Source of the DNA: Candidatus Poribacteria bacterium | Lineage (GTDB): Bacteria; Poribacteria; WGA-4E; WGA-3G | Assembly: GCA_965198235.1 (NCBI GenBank) | Contig: OZ240248.1 | Coordinates: 1,632,001-1,696,000, forward strand | Reading direction: 5' to 3' | DNA length: 64,000 nt | Shown here: positions 19,380-29,687 of the stretch, piece after piece | Layout of the letters: each line of letters starts with the position of its first letter | How positions within the stretch are numbered: position 1 is the first letter of the stretch | Notes under the pieces: generated by a model | What the model saw: the letters and a program-made list of their open reading frames with translations, nothing else | Told to the model about the DNA's origin: nothing | Databases searched by the model: none | Program-made: the position numbers and the translations under genes

Positions 19380-20542
19380 GCAAAGATGGTACTCTCAATT
19401 TTAGAGAGATATTTTGTATCACAATTAGAAAAGGCGGAGGCTAACTCAGAGATTGTGATTTTATCCTCATAATAAGCCGTAAAAGCGGTCCTCGCGAAAT
19501 ACTCACCAGAGACATTAAGAAGCCGATTGTGGTAAAGTGGTGCTCCACCTGGTTGTTGTGGCGTGTCTTTATACTTCTTCTTCTGATTATTTCTATAAGT
19601 TTGGTATTTTCGTTGTGAGATTTTTTTGAGTATCAATAGCCGCCGCAGAATAACTTCAGGACTCACATGAAAGTGCTTGGAGATTTTAGATAAATTTTCT
19701 TCAGGGGTCTGCAGCTTTACAATTTCTAGTAATTCATCTTCGGGAACTAAGACTTCACCGGCTACATGATTGCAAAATGCTTCAATTGGATTCAGATCCG
19801 AGTGATCTATTTCTCTAAATCCTGTATTCTGAATGACACTTTCTCCAAGTGCAATATGAACCAATTCGTGGATGAGGGTAAAGATGCGACCGTAAGGGCT
19901 GTCCTTTGAATTTATTACAATTACCGGAAATGGTCTTTGTGCAATGCAAAACCCGCGTACTGTTCCTAGATTAACGGACAGGTGTGTGTTCGTCTGGCAG
20001 ACAAGAATACCTTTCGCTTCAACAATCCGTTTCCAAAATTTCAAAGCGGCGTGTGGGGTATTCGCTTCCTGTAGTTGCTCTCTGTTAACCTCAAGAAATT
20101 CTATTATTTTTTTCGCTGCTCGCTTCCGACTTGCGCGTCTGTCGAAATTCAGGTCAACCTCAGGCGGCGATTCCTCCAACAATTCGTATAATTCGATGAG
20201 CGTCTCTCGCCTTTTAAATGCTTCAACGATGTTGGCATTTAATCTATAGATCTGTTCCTCATCAGTTGCAGCTCGTTTAGGTAAGACACGATAGTCTGCC
20301 GGTCGCTGAAAACTAGTGGGGGGTACTGGCAAATAGAAAATAGAAATGTGGATTCTATAGAGTTTCGCAATCTTCTTTAATTGGGAGATAGTGGGTTGCT
20401 CTATCCCGTTTTCCCACGCCTCAAGACGTGCCGGGTCTACCTTTAATTTTTTTGCCGCGTAGTCGATCTCTAAGTCGATGTATTCTTCACGCGCCCACTT
20501 GAGAACTTCCGGCGTAATGAGTGCTTTTACAGATTTAGCCAT
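19376..20542 (-). CDS. XRE-HTH + ImmA/IrrE (M78) metallopeptidase
   Basis: LKWARE...WENGIEQPTISQLKKIAK HTH; FTLIHELVH (HExxH); EAFCN; ATGA overlap with the DUF4411 gene. Confidence 0.9.
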   Translation of the reverse strand: MAKSVKALITPEVLKWAREEYIDLEIDYAAKKLKVDPARLEAWENGIEQPTISQLKKIAKLYRIHISIFYLPVPPTSFQRPADYRVLPKRAATDEEQIYRLNANIVEAFKRRETLIELYELLEESPPEVDLNFDRRASRKRAAKKIIEFLEVNREQLQEANTPHAALKFWKRIVEAKGILVCQTNTHLSVNLGTVRGFCIAQRPFPVIVINSKDSPYGRIFTLIHELVHIALGESVIQNTGFREIDHSDLNPIEAFCNHVAGEVLVPEDELLEIVKLQTPEENLSKISKHFHVSPEVILRRLLILKKISQRKYQTYRNNQKKKYKDTPQQPGGAPLYHNRLLNVSGEYFARTAFTAYYEDKITISELASAFSNCDTKYLSKIESTIFA

Positions 20543-20697
20543 GGTTTGTATCCCCACGAACCGGTTGGTCAGTTCGTCGTAAAATCATCAATTAGAACGT
20601 TTTCAGATTGCGCTGTGTTAAACCCCAAGGGATCGCAAGCAAATAAAATGTGATAGTGGCGAAATTACTTAACATATCCTACTCAAAAGTGAATTAA

Positions 20698-20746
20698 AGT
20701 ATACCACAAAAGAGGTAAATTGTCAAAAGGTGGTTTTTGACAATTT
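20698..20746 (-). promoter_or_regulatory. Sigma70 promoter of the island with overlapping 12-bp perfect inverted repeat
   Basis: TTGACA-N17-TATACT with extended TG; AAATTGTCAAAA-N6-TTTTGACAATTT at 20717-20746. Confidence 0.6.
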
Positions 20747-21097
20747 GGCACTAAAGCGAGGCTGGGGCGAGACCGGCAAGGCAAACGCCGGATCGAACCA
20801 ATCTGCGTTGCCGTTATCACCTCGGTGTGTGAGCTGTTGCGGGACACCACCGTCCAAAGCGACTTTGAAGAGTTGGCCGACTTCACGAACCCGCTTGTCG
20901 TAAATGAGTTCATTCCCGTGGTGCTGGGTTAAGTTTATCTGATCAGATCCATCCGGGTTCATGATATAAATTTCAGAATTGCCATCACGCCTTGATGTAA
21001 ATACGATTTTGGCAGTTCCCGGGGCTTTTGCAAGAGCGGAAACCGAGAGAGGAGCAAAGATGAGGAAGGTGCTAAGCACATAACATAAGAGTTTCAT
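20723..21097 (-). pseudogene. TolB-like (PD40) secreted protein, internally deleted
   Basis: Signal peptide and KIVFTSRRDGNSEIYIMNPDGS joined to the last blade (QQLTHRGDNGNADWFDP); too short for a propeller; tail motif degenerate. Confidence 0.65.
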
Positions 21098-21193
21098 GAT
21101 GCTTTCCTCCATAGCGTTTTCTGTAGGGAGCAAGGTGTTTTGCTTGGGGTTTTTGATAGGTGTTTCCCTGCGGATTTCCCCCAAGAAACGCGC

Positions 21194-22966
21194 TTAGGGG
21201 CCGATTTCCTCAATGCGAATCTGTTGGTTGGGTTTGACATTCTTGCGTGTGCTGAGGGCACCGCTGGGCCACGTTACCTCAATTGTTTCAATGATAGTAT
21301 CGTCGTTTATACCGAAAATGGCGGCGAGTTCGCTCTGTGAGCAGTAACTGGAACCGCTCTTGACTGTGTGGGTCTGCGTCACCGACGCGGAGGTTATACG
21401 GATCTGTGCGCCGATACCGTCTCGGTTGCTTGTTTGTCCGACGAGTTGGATCTTAATCCAGGCGTTGCGGTTTCCGCCATCGTTTCGGAAGAGGTGTGCG
21501 GGTCCGTTGGAGGTCGTAACGAGCAGATCCCAGTCGCCGTCATTGTCGATATCGCCATAGGCACCACCTCTCCCAACCATCGGCTTTGCCAAGTCCGCGC
21601 CAACTTTATGAAGCACATCGGTGAATTTGCCTTGGGAATCGTTGTGAAATAGGTGTGGGGGTTGAGCATAGGTAACGTGGGTCTGGATGGCGTTGATGTC
21701 GTTTTCGACATGTCCGTTGGCGGTGAAGATGTCGAGGTTGCCGTCGAGATCGAAGTCGAAAAAGAAACATGCGAAGGTGAGCGTCAGTAAGGTCGCGTTT
21801 CCGATGTGTGCGACAGGTGCATCGTCGATGAAAAAGTCGCCTTCGTTGTGGTATAGGTTGAGCATCTCGTTGGAGAAGTTGCCGATGACGAGGCTCTCCT
21901 TGCCGATGCGATCGTAGTCTGCGGCATCAATACCCATTGCGCCGGTTGCGATGCCGCTTTCGTTATACGCGATCCCCGCGAGCATTCCGGTCTCGATAAA
22001 TGTGCCGTCGCCGTTGTTTTGGTAGAGTTTATTGGGTTGTGTGTCGTTCGCCTCGAAGATGTCCGGTAAGCCATCGGCATTGTAATCGAAGATGCAAACA
22101 CCGAGTGATTTGCTCGTGTTGTCCTCAATCCGTGCGATCCGGGAGACATCGGCAAATGTGCCGTCGCCGCGATTTCTGAAGAGTTTGCTGGACTGCCCTG
22201 TATAGGATTCAGGGGTGCAGTAGGATTTATTGATGCCGTCGAGGGTGCAGAATAGGTCGTTCTCTCTGCTCCATTCGACATAGTTCGCGACGTAGAGATC
22301 GAGGTGTCCGTCCCTGTTGTAATCGAACCATGCGCAGCTTGTGCCGAAGCCGGGGTTGTGAATACCGGCGGTTTCCGTGATGTCAACAAAAGTGCCATCA
22401 CCTTTGTTTTGGAAGAGTCGGTCGGTTTCGAGGGTGCTAATATAGATATCCGAATCACCATCGTTATCGTAATCGGCGACAGCGACACCCATACCGTAAA
22501 GCGGTGTGGTGAGACCTGCGGTTTCCGTGACATCGGTGAAGGTGCCGTCCCGGTCGTTGCGGTAGAGTGCCATTGTTTGCCGTTTCTGGGTCAGCTCGCC
22601 TTCCCAATCCTTTCCGTTGACGAGTAGGATATCCTGCCAACCGTCCGTGTCATAGTCGATGAAGGCGCATCCTGAGCCCATGGTTTCAGGCAGGTATTTC
22701 TTACCGAAGGCACCCGTGTTATGGACGAAGTCGATGCCTGCTTCGTGTGTGATGTCGGTGAATTGTGGCAAGGGTTGTGCAACGGCATTGAGGGAGATGA
22801 GCAGACAGCAGCAGAATATTATATTGGCTATCAGCAGTCGGAAACCTTCGGCTTTCAGCGTGCGGTAGTTACGTATCTTGCTGAAGTCTGAAGCCTGAAG
22901 CCCGATGGATATTTCTACTGATGGCTGATTGCCGATGGCTGATTGCCGTTTTATACGGAGATCCAC
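21194..22966 (-). CDS. CRTAC1 / ASPIC-UnbV family protein with FG-GAP repeats
   Basis: ETMGSG, repeated DYDNDG motifs, NRDGIGA, GSSYCSQ; GTG at 22966 after AGGAGG. Confidence 0.9.
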   Translation of the reverse strand: MDLRIKRQSAIGNQPSVEISIGLQASDFSKIRNYRTLKAEGFRLLIANIIFCCCLLISLNAVAQPLPQFTDITHEAGIDFVHNTGAFGKKYLPETMGSGCAFIDYDTDGWQDILLVNGKDWEGELTQKRQTMALYRNDRDGTFTDVTETAGLTTPLYGMGVAVADYDNDGDSDIYISTLETDRLFQNKGDGTFVDITETAGIHNPGFGTSCAWFDYNRDGHLDLYVANYVEWSRENDLFCTLDGINKSYCTPESYTGQSSKLFRNRGDGTFADVSRIARIEDNTSKSLGVCIFDYNADGLPDIFEANDTQPNKLYQNNGDGTFIETGMLAGIAYNESGIATGAMGIDAADYDRIGKESLVIGNFSNEMLNLYHNEGDFFIDDAPVAHIGNATLLTLTFACFFFDFDLDGNLDIFTANGHVENDINAIQTHVTYAQPPHLFHNDSQGKFTDVLHKVGADLAKPMVGRGGAYGDIDNDGDWDLLVTTSNGPAHLFRNDGGNRNAWIKIQLVGQTSNRDGIGAQIRITSASVTQTHTVKSGSSYCSQSELAAIFGINDDTIIETIEVTWPSGALSTRKNVKPNQQIRIEEIGP

Positions 22967-24114
22967 CGATCCTCCTTCCATGAGGTTTGGATGGCAGTTT
23001 GCACGTCAGCGACTGCGGCGGCTTCTCGGAAACCCGGATTTCCCTGTTTTCCTGTGTGGATGGCTTGCAAAAACTGATATGCTTCGATTGTCTTCAGGTC
23101 GTCGTAGCCTAATCCGACACCGGGACCGGGATTAAAATAACTGTGAAACGGGTGGCTCGGACCGCTTAATACGCGGGTGTATCCATCAGGGAAACCGTCC
23201 TCAGCGGGTAGGTACACTTCAAGTTCGTTCATCTGCTCGAAGTTCCAACGCAAAGCACCCTCTGTCCCATGCACCTCAAGCGCCATTTCGCATTTGGGTC
23301 CGGTGATAACTCTACACGCTTCCAGTGTGCCTCTGGCACCGTTTCCAAACCGGACCAGTGCTCCGACGTAGTCTTCGTTCGTGACGGCATCCATTTCGCC
23401 ATCTGCACCGAGGGTGAAGTGTGTGCCGGTCCCTGCTGTTACTATAGGACGTTCTGGGATAAATGTTTCCTGTTGTGAAACGACGCTATCAATACCACCG
23501 ACGATAAAATGCGCCATATCGATGACGTGAGAGATCAGATCCCCTAACGTTCCCAATCCAGCGATCTCTTTCTGAAATCGCCATGAAAGGACTGCGCGTG
23601 GATGACTCGCGTAACCCGCAAAAAATCTACCACGATAGTGGGTTAGTTTACCGAGTTTTCCGTCTGAGATCAGTTGGTGTGCGTATTGAACGACGGGTGC
23701 CCATCTATAGTTATAACCGACACAAGTCAAGACCCCCGCACGCTGTGCGGCGGCATAGATCGCCTTCGTTTCCGCTGGATTCCGTCCGACAGGTTTTTCA
23801 CAGAAGACATGTTTCCTCGCAGATGTCGCTGCCTTGACGATCTCAAGGTGCATGCTATTTGGTGCGGCGATGTTGACTACTTCTACGTCTTCATCATCTA
23901 TGACGTGTCGGTAGTCGGTCGTTGTGCGTTCAAATCTGAATCGTGTTTTCGCCTCGGTTGTGCGATCGACAACGTCGTCTGCGCAGATGATGAGTCTGGG
24001 ATGGAGAGGACTGTCGTGGAACCGGTCGCTGATCTGGTGATATGCGCGGGCGTGCGTCATACCCATCCATCCCATGCCGATAATGCCGATGCCAACCGTC
24101 TGTTTGGTCTCCAT
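22951..24114 (-). CDS. Gfo/Idh/MocA family oxidoreductase
   Basis: [26 protein letters not shown]. Confidence 0.9.
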   Translation of the reverse strand: METKQTVGIGIIGMGWMGMTHARAYHQISDRFHDSPLHPRLIICADDVVDRTTEAKTRFRFERTTTDYRHVIDDEDVEVVNIAAPNSMHLEIVKAATSARKHVFCEKPVGRNPAETKAIYAAAQRAGVLTCVGYNYRWAPVVQYAHQLISDGKLGKLTHYRGRFFAGYASHPRAVLSWRFQKEIAGLGTLGDLISHVIDMAHFIVGGIDSVVSQQETFIPERPIVTAGTGTHFTLGADGEMDAVTNEDYVGALVRFGNGARGTLEACRVITGPKCEMALEVHGTEGALRWNFEQMNELEVYLPAEDGFPDGYTRVLSGPSHPFHSYFNPGPGVGLGYDDLKTIEAYQFLQAIHTGKQGNPGFREAAAVADVQTAIQTSWKEDRWISV

Positions 24115-24130
24115 TTTTCGTGTACCTTCG

Positions 24131-24832
24131 TTATTTCTTCTTCAGATGTCCCCACATAGTTGCGAGTTTAGTTTGCGGCTCGACAGGACGTGCTTTTCCC
24201 GGACCGCCATTGCCAATGTTCGCGCCTGTGATTTCGACATCGTCGAATCGTGCTTGTCCATCTGCGATAACGAGCCCGGCTTGTCCGCCTTTTAAGGGCT
24301 CATCGTCAATAACGGTAAATATCTCGTCGTCGACTTGAAATTCAAGCGTGCCGTCTTCGTGGATGGTGGCAGTTAGTTCATACCACGTATCGATTTCGGC
24401 ATCAAATGGATGGATAACGGGAAACCAGTTATCTCGAAGTGCTTTGACAATTCGGACGGTTCCGAAAACGTAGTCAATAAAAAAGAGATAACGGGTATCC
24501 TCCTCACCTCTGTCGTGGAGTGTCAACCCGATACTTGGGGGTTCGTTCTTGTCTTGCACTAATTTTGCGCGACAGGAAAGGGAGTAGTTCTTCCATGTGA
24601 GTTCACCTGTGATCCAGAGACTCATGAAACCGGGTAAGAAGATTTCTCCGACTGCTTCGCCATCACTAACCCACCACTTTTCAACCTGTCGGTCAATGTT
24701 AAAGATTTTCCATTCGCGGGTGTCTTTGTCTTCAAAGTCGTCGCGCCACGTTCCCGCAAAGGTGGGTTGCCACGCCCGTATTGAAAAGCAGACAATTATG
24801 ATGATTGCAAATATTGGTATTAATTTTTTCAT
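24131..24832 (-). CDS. Secreted DUF1080/concanavalin-like beta-sandwich protein with conserved C-terminal tail
   Basis: Signal peptide, [34 protein letters not shown]. Confidence 0.65.
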   Translation of the reverse strand: MKKLIPIFAIIIIVCFSIRAWQPTFAGTWRDDFEDKDTREWKIFNIDRQVEKWWVSDGEAVGEIFLPGFMSLWITGELTWKNYSLSCRAKLVQDKNEPPSIGLTLHDRGEEDTRYLFFIDYVFGTVRIVKALRDNWFPVIHPFDAEIDTWYELTATIHEDGTLEFQVDDEIFTVIDDEPLKGGQAGLVIADGQARFDDVEITGANIGNGGPGKARPVEPQTKLATMWGHLKKK

Positions 24833-24833
24833 T

Positions 24834-27800
24834 TTATGCCTCCGTGATTATGCACTGTCCATCTGGATTCGCATAGGGGCAGGAACAACAGTGTTCAAGG
24901 TTCTTCTCATAAACCCCGCGCTGCAATGCCAAGATTTTTTCCTGCCACTGTTTCTGAACTTCCTGCAATTGTGCCGTGCTGAAGTACATCTGTTCCCACC
25001 GGCCGTGCCCAGTAAAGAAGAGATTAATTGTCACAGTCGATTGGTTTGGATAACGCCGATGCACGAGTAGACTGTAAAGTTCCATTTCTGGATGGGATGT
25101 ATCTAAATTTTGAGCTTCGTCGGTTTTATAATTGATTACCTGCCAGTTTCCTGTTTCATCTTTAAAGAGTCTATCGAACCTGCCGTCAACGATATGTCCG
25201 TTGATGTCTGCGTGAATGTGTTGATTGGTGTGAATCGTGGGTGCAGAGAATGCCGTTTCACCGAGTTCGGAGTTGATAAAATTGTTAACGTGTGTACGAA
25301 GTGTTGCTGTTGATTCAGTCGTTACTTCCGGATAATTTTCAAGTGCTTGATCAATCGTGGTGTCAAGATTTTCTATGTCTGATCGCTGTCGTATTTGTGC
25401 GAACGTGTAGCGGAGAGCGGCATCCATCTCGTTTTCATCCAAATCCGATTCTTCTTGTCCATTTACCGGAATTCGCAGCACATTTTCCAATTGATACCGT
25501 AGTGGACACCGTGCATAATTCGCGAGTTCAGAGACAGAAAAGGCTGCGGAAGTACCGGTTAGTTCCAGTTTTCGTAGAGACTCAGGAAAATCAATAGGTG
25601 TTGTTTCGTCGGAAACCTCATCTGCGGATGTAGTCTCTGCTAGTGCCTGATGGATCGGGATTTGGAGTTCGAAGGATTCAGAACTTGTGATGTTTCCTGT
25701 GAACACTTCCAATGCGACGGACAGGTTCAGTAAACTGTCCTCTTCATCAATGTCGAGGTGTTTGTAGAGCCAGTCAAGCATGTTCATTGCTGGGAGTGTG
25801 CCTGATAAGATGAGCCGATCACAAGCACGTGTTGTCCCGACATAAAACAGTCGTTTCTTTTCGGCGATTTCTTTTTCATTTGCCCGATTTTTCATGTGTG
25901 TAACAATCTCTGGTGCGGTTTTTCTGTAGTCTTTATCGGAATTAAGGGGGCTGAAGCCGATACCGAGTGCTTCATCGATGAAAGGTTCCATGTCCGTTTG
26001 CCCTTTCCGGTCAAGCCTTGGGAGGATGACGATTGGGAATTGCTTCCCTTTGGCGGCATGGATCGTCATAATTTGGACCGCGCCGCTACCTGCCTCAACT
26101 GGTGCCTCTCCCTCTTGGGGTTCCTCCGTAATTAATGTATCCAGAAATTCAACAAAGTCTGGAAGGGTTTGCTTGTTTTCATCTCCGTCAAAATTTCTGG
26201 CGAGTTCCAAGAGTTTTTGGTAGTTTGCCCAGCGTTGTTGTCCGTATTTCCCCGCTCGCAACGTTCCAATCATTCCTGTTTCATTAACGAGGGTTAGGAT
26301 GAGTTGGTTTACAGGCATTCGGTGTGCAAGTTGGCTATGCCTTTTTAAAGTGGTTATGGCGCGGTTAAGGTTATGAGACCGGTCTTGATAGTTCTGCGCT
26401 TGATCCCAGAAATTTTCTCTTTCCTGGAGTGAAATTTCGTAGAGTTCAGCGTCGGAGATACCGAAAGCGGGACCGCGGAGAACTGCGGCGAGAGATGCTT
26501 GATTTTTTGTGGGTGCCTCGAGGAAGTGGAGGTAGTTCCAGATGTCGTAGATTTCCTGTCGTTGATAGAAACCGACACCCCCAGTGGTGAGGTAAGGTAT
26601 ACCTGCTTCAAGTAGAGCGTGCTCTATATCAGGGAGATGCCTTCTACTCCGGATGAGGATAGCAATGTCGCCGTACTGAATTGGACGTTCCGCTTCCACG
26701 CCCTTGCTCTCTTCACTGGCACCCCGCACCCACACCGTTTCTTCGTTTGCTTTCATGTTTATGATGTGGTGTGCGATAAGCGAGTATTCACTTGCTGCTT
26801 CCTCGCCCTGTTTTCCAAGCAGAATTTCAACTGCGCCGTTTGCATTGACGGGTCGAGCTTGCGTAAGAGCTTCATACTGCACTTCAAATTCAGTTTCTTT
26901 TCCGTCCCCCATCAAGCGATTGAAAAAGTAATTGACGAACCCGACAGTATCACGCAAGGATCGGAAATTCTCTGTGAGACGGATATCTCTTCCTCTGTCG
27001 TCGACGATTTTTTCCTTTGTCTTTTCAAATACGCGGACATCTGCGCCTCGGAACGCGTAAATACTCTGTTTCGGATCACCGACGATAAAAAGATTTGCTT
27101 CTTTGAGTTCGTTTGTGAGAAGCATCACCAATTCGTACTGTAGTTCATTTGTATCTTGGTATTCGTCTACCATATAGTACTTGTGCCGGGACACTAATTT
27201 CTGTCGGATTTCTTCGTTGTTGCGCAGCAAATCTCGGGTTTTCAGTTGCAGGTCAGCAAAGTCGAGTTCACCTTGAGAGAGTTTGGCAATTCTGTACGCA
27301 TTCGAGATTCGGGTGTATAGTGTGAGTAGGTCTCGAATTGTGCTCAGCAGGAAATCATCATCGGTTTCATTTTCATCTGTCCCATTTTCGTTGTCTTCAA
27401 TAAGGGGTACGGCTTTAATCTTTCTCGCAGTTGATACGAGAAAATTGATCTCAGCCTCAATGCCTGTTATTGTAACACGGTTCCCCAGAAAGTCTCTTTT
27501 TGCAATGGCACTACGTCCAGTTGTAATTAGGAACGCAATATCTCTAAGTAGGTTCAACGCTCCAGACGGGTCTGGGTTTTGTCCATATAGTGTTTCTAAC
27601 TGTTGGGTCGAGTCTCTAACTGCCTCTGCATTTTTACCTTTAGCAACCTGCAAAACAGCATTTAAACATCGGATGAATTCGGCAACGTCCATTGTTGACA
27701 TCAATGTGTCATGGACCCGCTGTTCCAAGCCTTTGCGTATCTCTGTATCGTTTGGATTACTATAAATTTTCTGCATTAGGTGTTCGAGGACATCACGTTG

Positions 27801-28334
27801 ATTTATCATAGTGGAGAAGAAATCCACCAGTTTTTTCTGTCCGCCATAGCGTCGTAGGAGCCGAGTGAGTCTCGCACGGTGTAGATCGTTAGGGTTTATG
27901 GCAATGTCCTTGAGGGTTTCCCGAATGATTTGCTGTAATGAGAGTTTCTGATCAATGCCTTGTAGAATGCTGAAGTTGGCTGGTACACCCGCTTGGAAGG
28001 GGAATTCTCGCAGGATACGTGAGCAGAATGCATGGATAGTTGAGATGTGTGCCGTGCTCATCTTTTCGCGAAAGCCTTGTAGCGAATTGTCCTGTTCTGA
28101 GCCATCACGCTCTTCTTGAGGCGACAGTTCTTCGATAACGCGCTCCTTCATCTCGGCGGCGGCTTTCTCTGTGAAGGTGATGGCGACAATCTCTTGCGGG
28201 TTGGCGTTACCTGCACGCAAAATTTTGAGGTAACGCTCGACCAATACCGTGGTTTTTCCGGATCCGGCACCAGCGGTTACGCAGATGTGTCTGTCTATGT
28301 CAAGGGCTTGTTGTTGACTCGGTGTTAGTCGCAT
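24834..28334 (-). CDS. AddA/UvrD-like helicase with C-terminal PD-(D/E)xK-type domain
   Basis: AGAGSGKT, TFTEKAA, VDEYQD, VGDPKQSIYAFRGAD, TIHAAKG, RLFYVGTTRA; C-terminal GRFD...INYKT plus Cys cluster. Confidence 0.9.
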   Translation of the reverse strand: MRLTPSQQQALDIDRHICVTAGAGSGKTTVLVERYLKILRAGNANPQEIVAITFTEKAAAEMKERVIEELSPQEERDGSEQDNSLQGFREKMSTAHISTIHAFCSRILREFPFQAGVPANFSILQGIDQKLSLQQIIRETLKDIAINPNDLHRARLTRLLRRYGGQKKLVDFFSTMINQRDVLEHLMQKIYSNPNDTEIRKGLEQRVHDTLMSTMDVAEFIRCLNAVLQVAKGKNAEAVRDSTQQLETLYGQNPDPSGALNLLRDIAFLITTGRSAIAKRDFLGNRVTITGIEAEINFLVSTARKIKAVPLIEDNENGTDENETDDDFLLSTIRDLLTLYTRISNAYRIAKLSQGELDFADLQLKTRDLLRNNEEIRQKLVSRHKYYMVDEYQDTNELQYELVMLLTNELKEANLFIVGDPKQSIYAFRGADVRVFEKTKEKIVDDRGRDIRLTENFRSLRDTVGFVNYFFNRLMGDGKETEFEVQYEALTQARPVNANGAVEILLGKQGEEAASEYSLIAHHIINMKANEETVWVRGASEESKGVEAERPIQYGDIAILIRSRRHLPDIEHALLEAGIPYLTTGGVGFYQRQEIYDIWNYLHFLEAPTKNQASLAAVLRGPAFGISDAELYEISLQERENFWDQAQNYQDRSHNLNRAITTLKRHSQLAHRMPVNQLILTLVNETGMIGTLRAGKYGQQRWANYQKLLELARNFDGDENKQTLPDFVEFLDTLITEEPQEGEAPVEAGSGAVQIMTIHAAKGKQFPIVILPRLDRKGQTDMEPFIDEALGIGFSPLNSDKDYRKTAPEIVTHMKNRANEKEIAEKKRLFYVGTTRACDRLILSGTLPAMNMLDWLYKHLDIDEEDSLLNLSVALEVFTGNITSSESFELQIPIHQALAETTSADEVSDETTPIDFPESLRKLELTGTSAAFSVSELANYARCPLRYQLENVLRIPVNGQEESDLDENEMDAALRYTFAQIRQRSDIENLDTTIDQALENYPEVTTESTATLRTHVNNFINSELGETAFSAPTIHTNQHIHADINGHIVDGRFDRLFKDETGNWQVINYKTDEAQNLDTSHPEMELYSLLVHRRYPNQSTVTINLFFTGHGRWEQMYFSTAQLQEVQKQWQEKILALQRGVYEKNLEHCCSCPYANPDGQCIITEA

Positions 28335-28342
28335 TTTTTTCT

Positions 28343-28425
28343 GGCTATCAGTTATCGGCTTTCAGCCCTCAGAAAAAGGCTTCGGTTCACCGAAAACCTC
28401 TTTACCGACCGCTGATTGCTATTCT
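28343..28425. repeat. Heptamer-repeat palindromic element
   Basis: GGCTATCAGTTATCGGCTTTCAGC ... CCGACCGCTGATTGCT. Confidence 0.55.
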
Positions 28426-28426
28426 C

Positions 28427-29506
28427 CTAATCCGGTAGTGGGATAATTGCCTCTGATGATATTGCAAGTTGAACAGTGTCTCCGGGTTTTTTTGTTTCTA
28501 CACCGGGATTGTAGTGGACGGCTTTAAGGGGAATATCTGCGGATATCAATTGATATTCCTCTACCCTGCCCAAATAGTTGACCGCAGTAACTTTCGCAGT
28601 TATCCTGTTTTCGACGGGATTTCCGCCATTCTGGACGTTGTCAATAATGAGTGCCTCTGGTCGAATTGAACACCGCACGGATGTCCCTTGTGTTAGTTCG
28701 TGATAAACGGTTGTGGAGTGGAGTGTTCCGGCGGGTGTTTCTATAGTAGCACTACCGTTTGAGGCGTGCTCGACCTTGCCTGAAATAAAATTGGTTTCCC
28801 CGACGAAGTTTGCAACAAAAGCGTTCTTTGGAAACTTATATACTTCGCGCGGTGTGCCAACTTGGATAACGACCCCGTCCTGCATAATTGCCATCCGATC
28901 CGCCATAGAGAGGGCATCCACCTGATCGTGTGTGACGTAGAACATTGTAATATTGGTGCGGTCATGGATCTGCTTTATTTCGTCGCGCATTTGCTGTCGG
29001 AGTGCGGCATCAAGGTTACTAATCGGTTCGTCAAGGAGTAGGACACTCGGTTCAATGACGAGGGCACGGGCGAGGGCGATTCGCTGCTGTTGTCCGCCAG
29101 AGAGTGTGTTGACAGCGCGATCACGAAAATCTTCCATCTGCACCATTTCGAGTGCGCGCGTGATTTTTTCGTTTCGTTCCGTTTTTTCGAGTTTCCGAAG
29201 CGTGAGTCCGTATTCGATGTTTTCGGCAACGGACATGTGGGGCCATAGGGCATAGTTCTGGAATACCATCCCTGTGTTGCGTTGATGTGGCGGTACGTCG
29301 TTGATGACGGTATCATCGAATCGTAGTTCGCCAGTGTCGGGCTTGTAGAATCCGGCGACGATTCGGAGAAAGGTTGATTTGCCGCATCCGGAGGGACCGA
29401 GGAGGAAGAAGAATTCGCCTTTCTCAATTTTCAAGCTCACGTCGTTGACGGCGAGCGTCGTATCGAAGGCTTTTGTGACATGGGTAAGTTGAACTGCAAC
29501 TGCCAT
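28427..29506 (-). CDS. ABC transporter ATP-binding protein (PotA/FbpC-like, TOBE)
   Basis: GPSGCGKS, LSGGQQQR, LLLDEP, VTHDQ. Confidence 0.92.
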   Translation of the reverse strand: MAVAVQLTHVTKAFDTTLAVNDVSLKIEKGEFFFLLGPSGCGKSTFLRIVAGFYKPDTGELRFDDTVINDVPPHQRNTGMVFQNYALWPHMSVAENIEYGLTLRKLEKTERNEKITRALEMVQMEDFRDRAVNTLSGGQQQRIALARALVIEPSVLLLDEPISNLDAALRQQMRDEIKQIHDRTNITMFYVTHDQVDALSMADRMAIMQDGVVIQVGTPREVYKFPKNAFVANFVGETNFISGKVEHASNGSATIETPAGTLHSTTVYHELTQGTSVRCSIRPEALIIDNVQNGGNPVENRITAKVTAVNYLGRVEEYQLISADIPLKAVHYNPGVETKKPGDTVQLAISSEAIIPLPD

Positions 29507-29687
29507 TTTTTAATTTTCCTTGCGGATAAGTAACGTGTGTTTGGCATTTGATGTGCCTTTGTGCCGAGTCGCTTTCCACTTCGTTTCAAGCTTGGTTTCT
29601 TTGGCTAAGAAGAGATATCCAAGCAAAACCGCTGCCACATCAGTAACAAGAGGTGTTAGGATTCCCATTACTTTCTTTAGTTGACGA

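Noticed and set aside
21784-22533. 249-aa alternative-frame ORF and the many other shadow ORFs
   Set aside because: They lie within well-supported genes and show low-information composition with no motifs
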